Source: an uncultured delta proteobacterium
GTDB taxonomy: Bacteria; Myxococcota; Myxococcia; Myxococcales; Myxococcaceae
DNA: 64,000 nucleotides
Direction of reading: 5' to 3'
Assembly: GCA_963771175.1 (NCBI GenBank)
Contig: CAVYSY010000030.1
Span: forward strand, 160,001 to 224,000
Positions 61,809 through 64,000 of the stretch are shown piece by piece. The notes beneath the pieces were generated by a model that saw only the letters and a program-made list of their open reading frames with translations, made no database searches and had not been told where the DNA came from. Both the position numbers and the translations under genes were made by a program. Each line of letters begins with the position of its first letter. Position 1 is the first letter of the stretch.

Positions 61809-62711
61809 TCAGTAGGCGTAGGTGGCCATGTCGGCACGCACCACGCCGACGATGTTCTCCCAGTTGCCGTTCTGGTAGTGGTCGTAGTTCTCGCCGTCGT
61901 CGCGGAAGTCCACCGTGTGGTAGGTCCACATGGCGCGCTCGCCGTTGCTGGTGCCGCTGGTGCCCGGTGTTGAGGGTGCCGTCGCAGAACCAGTCGCCGG
62001 GGTTGCAGAAGCTGCCGCCCGCGCTGCCGGAGACGCCGCCGGTGGAGTGGTAGGCCACGGCCTCGTCGTCCTGGCCCGGGAGGAGGCCGGAGTAGACCGT
62101 GCCCTTCGGCGCCGGCGAACATGTAGAACCACTTCGAGCGCGTGGTGTTGTGGTTGTACAGGGAGCGCGCCGTGGTGGTGACCAGGTCGCCGACGATGGG
62201 GTCGCTCGCCGCCCACTCGCCCGTGGTCGGCCAGCTCGCTGCCGCCGCCGGCGCCGCGAGGCCACGTCCACCCACTTGATGTTCCAGCCCGTCTGGGTGG
62301 TGCCGTCGGTGTTGCCGCACACGCCGCTGGAGTTGGGGGTGGCGTTCTTCTTGTAGCGCGCCGAGCCACCGTAGAGGCGACAGCGCGTAGCCGATCTGCA
62401 GGTTGCCCGCGCTGTGCACGGCGATGTAGCACCAGTTGTTGCCGGTGCAGTAGCAGTCGAGCGCGTTGCGGATGTAGCCGTTCTGCGCGCCGATGCGCTG
62501 CGAGCCGTTCCAGTTCACGGCCTTCTTGTTCACGCCGGCCGCGGCGGTGCTCGGGACCCCAGTTGGAGAAGTCGGCGTAGTTGCCGATCTGGGTGCCGCC
62601 GCCGTTCTTGCCGTGGATCCACAGCGAGTAGTTGGTGGCCGAGGCCTCTGGGGCGACGAGGAGGGCGGCAGCCGCGGCCGCGAGGGTTGCCATTCGGGTG
62701 AGGGTGTTCAT
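61809..62711 (-). CDS. Secreted alpha/beta-hydrolase-like protein; multiple frameshifts
   Basis: Signal peptide ASA-T, WIHG, HSAG, GGSELA, D.AV.YHS fragments spread across three frames. Confidence 0.55.
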   Translation of the reverse strand: MNTLTRMATLAAAAAALLVAPEASATNYSLWIHGKNGGGTQIGNYADFSNWGPEHRRGRREQEGRELERLAAHRRAERLHPQRARLLLHRQQLVLHRRAQRGQPADRLRAVASTVARRATRRTPPPTPAACAATPTAPPRRAGTSSGWTWPRGAGGGSELADHGRVGGERPHRRRPGHHHGALPVQPQHHALEVVLHVRRRRRARSTPASSRARTTRPWPTTPPAASPAARAAASATPATGSATAPSTPGTSGTSNGERAMWTYHTVDFRDDGENYDHYQNGNWENIVGVVRADMATYAY

Positions 62712-62844
62712 GGGAACTTCCTGGGGTAGGGGGATGAACGCCCGCTCGGTGAACGAGCGAGCGAGTCATATGCTATCACCAAGACTTTCCATACAGAATG
62801 GACAGCCCTCTAAAACCTGACAGATGTCCATTACCCCCGCCCGC

Positions 62845-63999
62845 TCAGGCGTTGGGGGTGAGCTGACGCCCGAGCGCGCGCCCCAGCTCCGTGCGCGCGG
62901 TGGCCAGGTTGTACGTGGCCTGCACGCGCTGGACGGCCGCGTTGGTGGCGGAGAGCTGGGCATCGGACAGCTCGATGATGTTGCCCACGCCCGCGCGGTA
63001 GCGGCCCTCGGCCAGACGCAGCCGCTCGCGGGCGTTGACCAGCGCCTCCTCCGCGGCGGAGAGGCTCTCTCGCGCGGCCGTGACGGCGAGCTGCGCGCGC
63101 TCCACCTCCAGGCGCACCTGCTGGCGCAATGCGTCACGCTGGGCCTGGACGTTGTTCAGGTTGGCCTGCTGCTCGCGGACCTGGGCGCGGGTGAGCCCGC
63201 CCTGGAAGATTGGCCAGCTCAGCGCCACCTGCCCATTCACACCCCAGTCCAGGTTCGCCGGGTTCGGACCCGACTCCGTCGCCGACAGCGAGGCGGAGAG
63301 GCTCGGCCAGTAGTTGGCGCGCGTGGCGGAGAGCTGCTGCTCCTGGGCTCGCAACTGGTGCTCGCTCGCGGAGAGGTCCGGCCGGCCCTGGAAGGCGACG
63401 TCCACCAGCGTGTCGATGGACTGCTCCTCGCCCTCCATGCGGCCCACCACCTCCTCGCGGACGGTGTATTGGGTGGAGCCCTCCACGCCCATGGCCTGGT
63501 TGAGCTGGGCCCTGCTGGTGGCCGCGTTGTTCTGGGCCTGGATGAGCCGCACCTGGGCGTTGGCCACCTCCGTGCGCTGCTGCAGCAGATCAATCTCCGG
63601 CCGGGTGCCCACCTGCACCTGGGCCTGTACCTGCGCCAGGTGCGTCTTCTGGTTCTCCAGCGTCTCCTGGGCCACTTGCACCAGGGCTTGCTGGGCGAGG
63701 GCGTTGAAGTAGGCGCTCTGGACGTTGGCGAGCACGTTCAGCGACGTCTGGGTCTCGGTGGACCTCTGAGCCTGGGCGGACTGCTGGGCCGAGCGCCACC
63801 GGCCGGTGGTGCGGCCGAAGTCCCAGAGGAGCTGGCTGACCGAGGCGCCCACGTTGAGGCCCTCGCGGCTGATGAAGCCGGAGGGAGTCGTCGTGCCCAG
63901 GCCGCCGTCATTGTCGCTGAGGGAGCGCTGGTACGTGGCGCTGGCGCTCACCTGGGGCAGTAGCGAGGAGAAGTTCTGGTCCACGCGGGCGTTCGCCGC
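62845..63999 (-). CDS. TolC-family outer-membrane efflux protein (5' end outside window)
   Basis: LLPQVS, Q.LWDFG, AYF, RPDL, WPIFQGG, RY.AG....ELSDAQ. Confidence 0.92.
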   Translation of the reverse strand, partial: AANARVDQNFSSLLPQVSASATYQRSLSDNDGGLGTTTPSGFISREGLNVGASVSQLLWDFGRTTGRWRSAQQSAQAQRSTETQTSLNVLANVQSAYFNALAQQALVQVAQETLENQKTHLAQVQAQVQVGTRPEIDLLQQRTEVANAQVRLIQAQNNAATSRAQLNQAMGVEGSTQYTVREEVVGRMEGEEQSIDTLVDVAFQGRPDLSASEHQLRAQEQQLSATRANYWPSLSASLSATESGPNPANLDWGVNGQVALSWPIFQGGLTRAQVREQQANLNNVQAQRDALRQQVRLEVERAQLAVTAARESLSAAEEALVNARERLRLAEGRYRAGVGNIIELSDAQLSATNAAVQRVQATYNLATARTELGRALGRQLTPNA

Positions 64000-64000
64000 G

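Overview
High-GC window whose gene content and style point to a myxobacterium (Cystobacterineae-like; inferred, not searched). About 60 protein-coding genes; I recognised no rRNA, tRNA, CRISPR array or transposase. Housekeeping and metabolic genes include queC, ddpX, xdhC, pfkA, nagB, panE and serA. The main feature is a compact contractile injection system (eCIS/Afp/PVC-like) operon at about 20.9-32.4 kb: cap, sheath, one tube, Pro-rich protein, tube initiator, VgrG-like spike, PAAR-like tip, gp25, a baseplate J fused to a beta-propeller, and a gpI-like wedge. It has no recognisable AAA+ ATPase, tail fibre or toxin. Instead it ends in three single-pass membrane proteins (two are paralogues with Cys-rich ectodomains) and a convergent polytopic membrane protein, which suggests a membrane-tethered, possibly intracellular CIS. 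Other notable loci: a putative PHB-scavenging cluster (53.3-61.7 kb) with a tandem-operator intergenic region; a 6xLysM/CHAP-like/GH19 peptidoglycan hydrolase with no signal peptide; a PhcB-like methyltransferase next to a Ser/Thr-kinase-ATPase-GAF-His-kinase; and a serA plus D-2-hydroxyglutarate dehydrogenase-like pair. At least eight genes carry single-base frameshifts, most likely assembly errors. Family calls come from motif recognition only; no database search was run.
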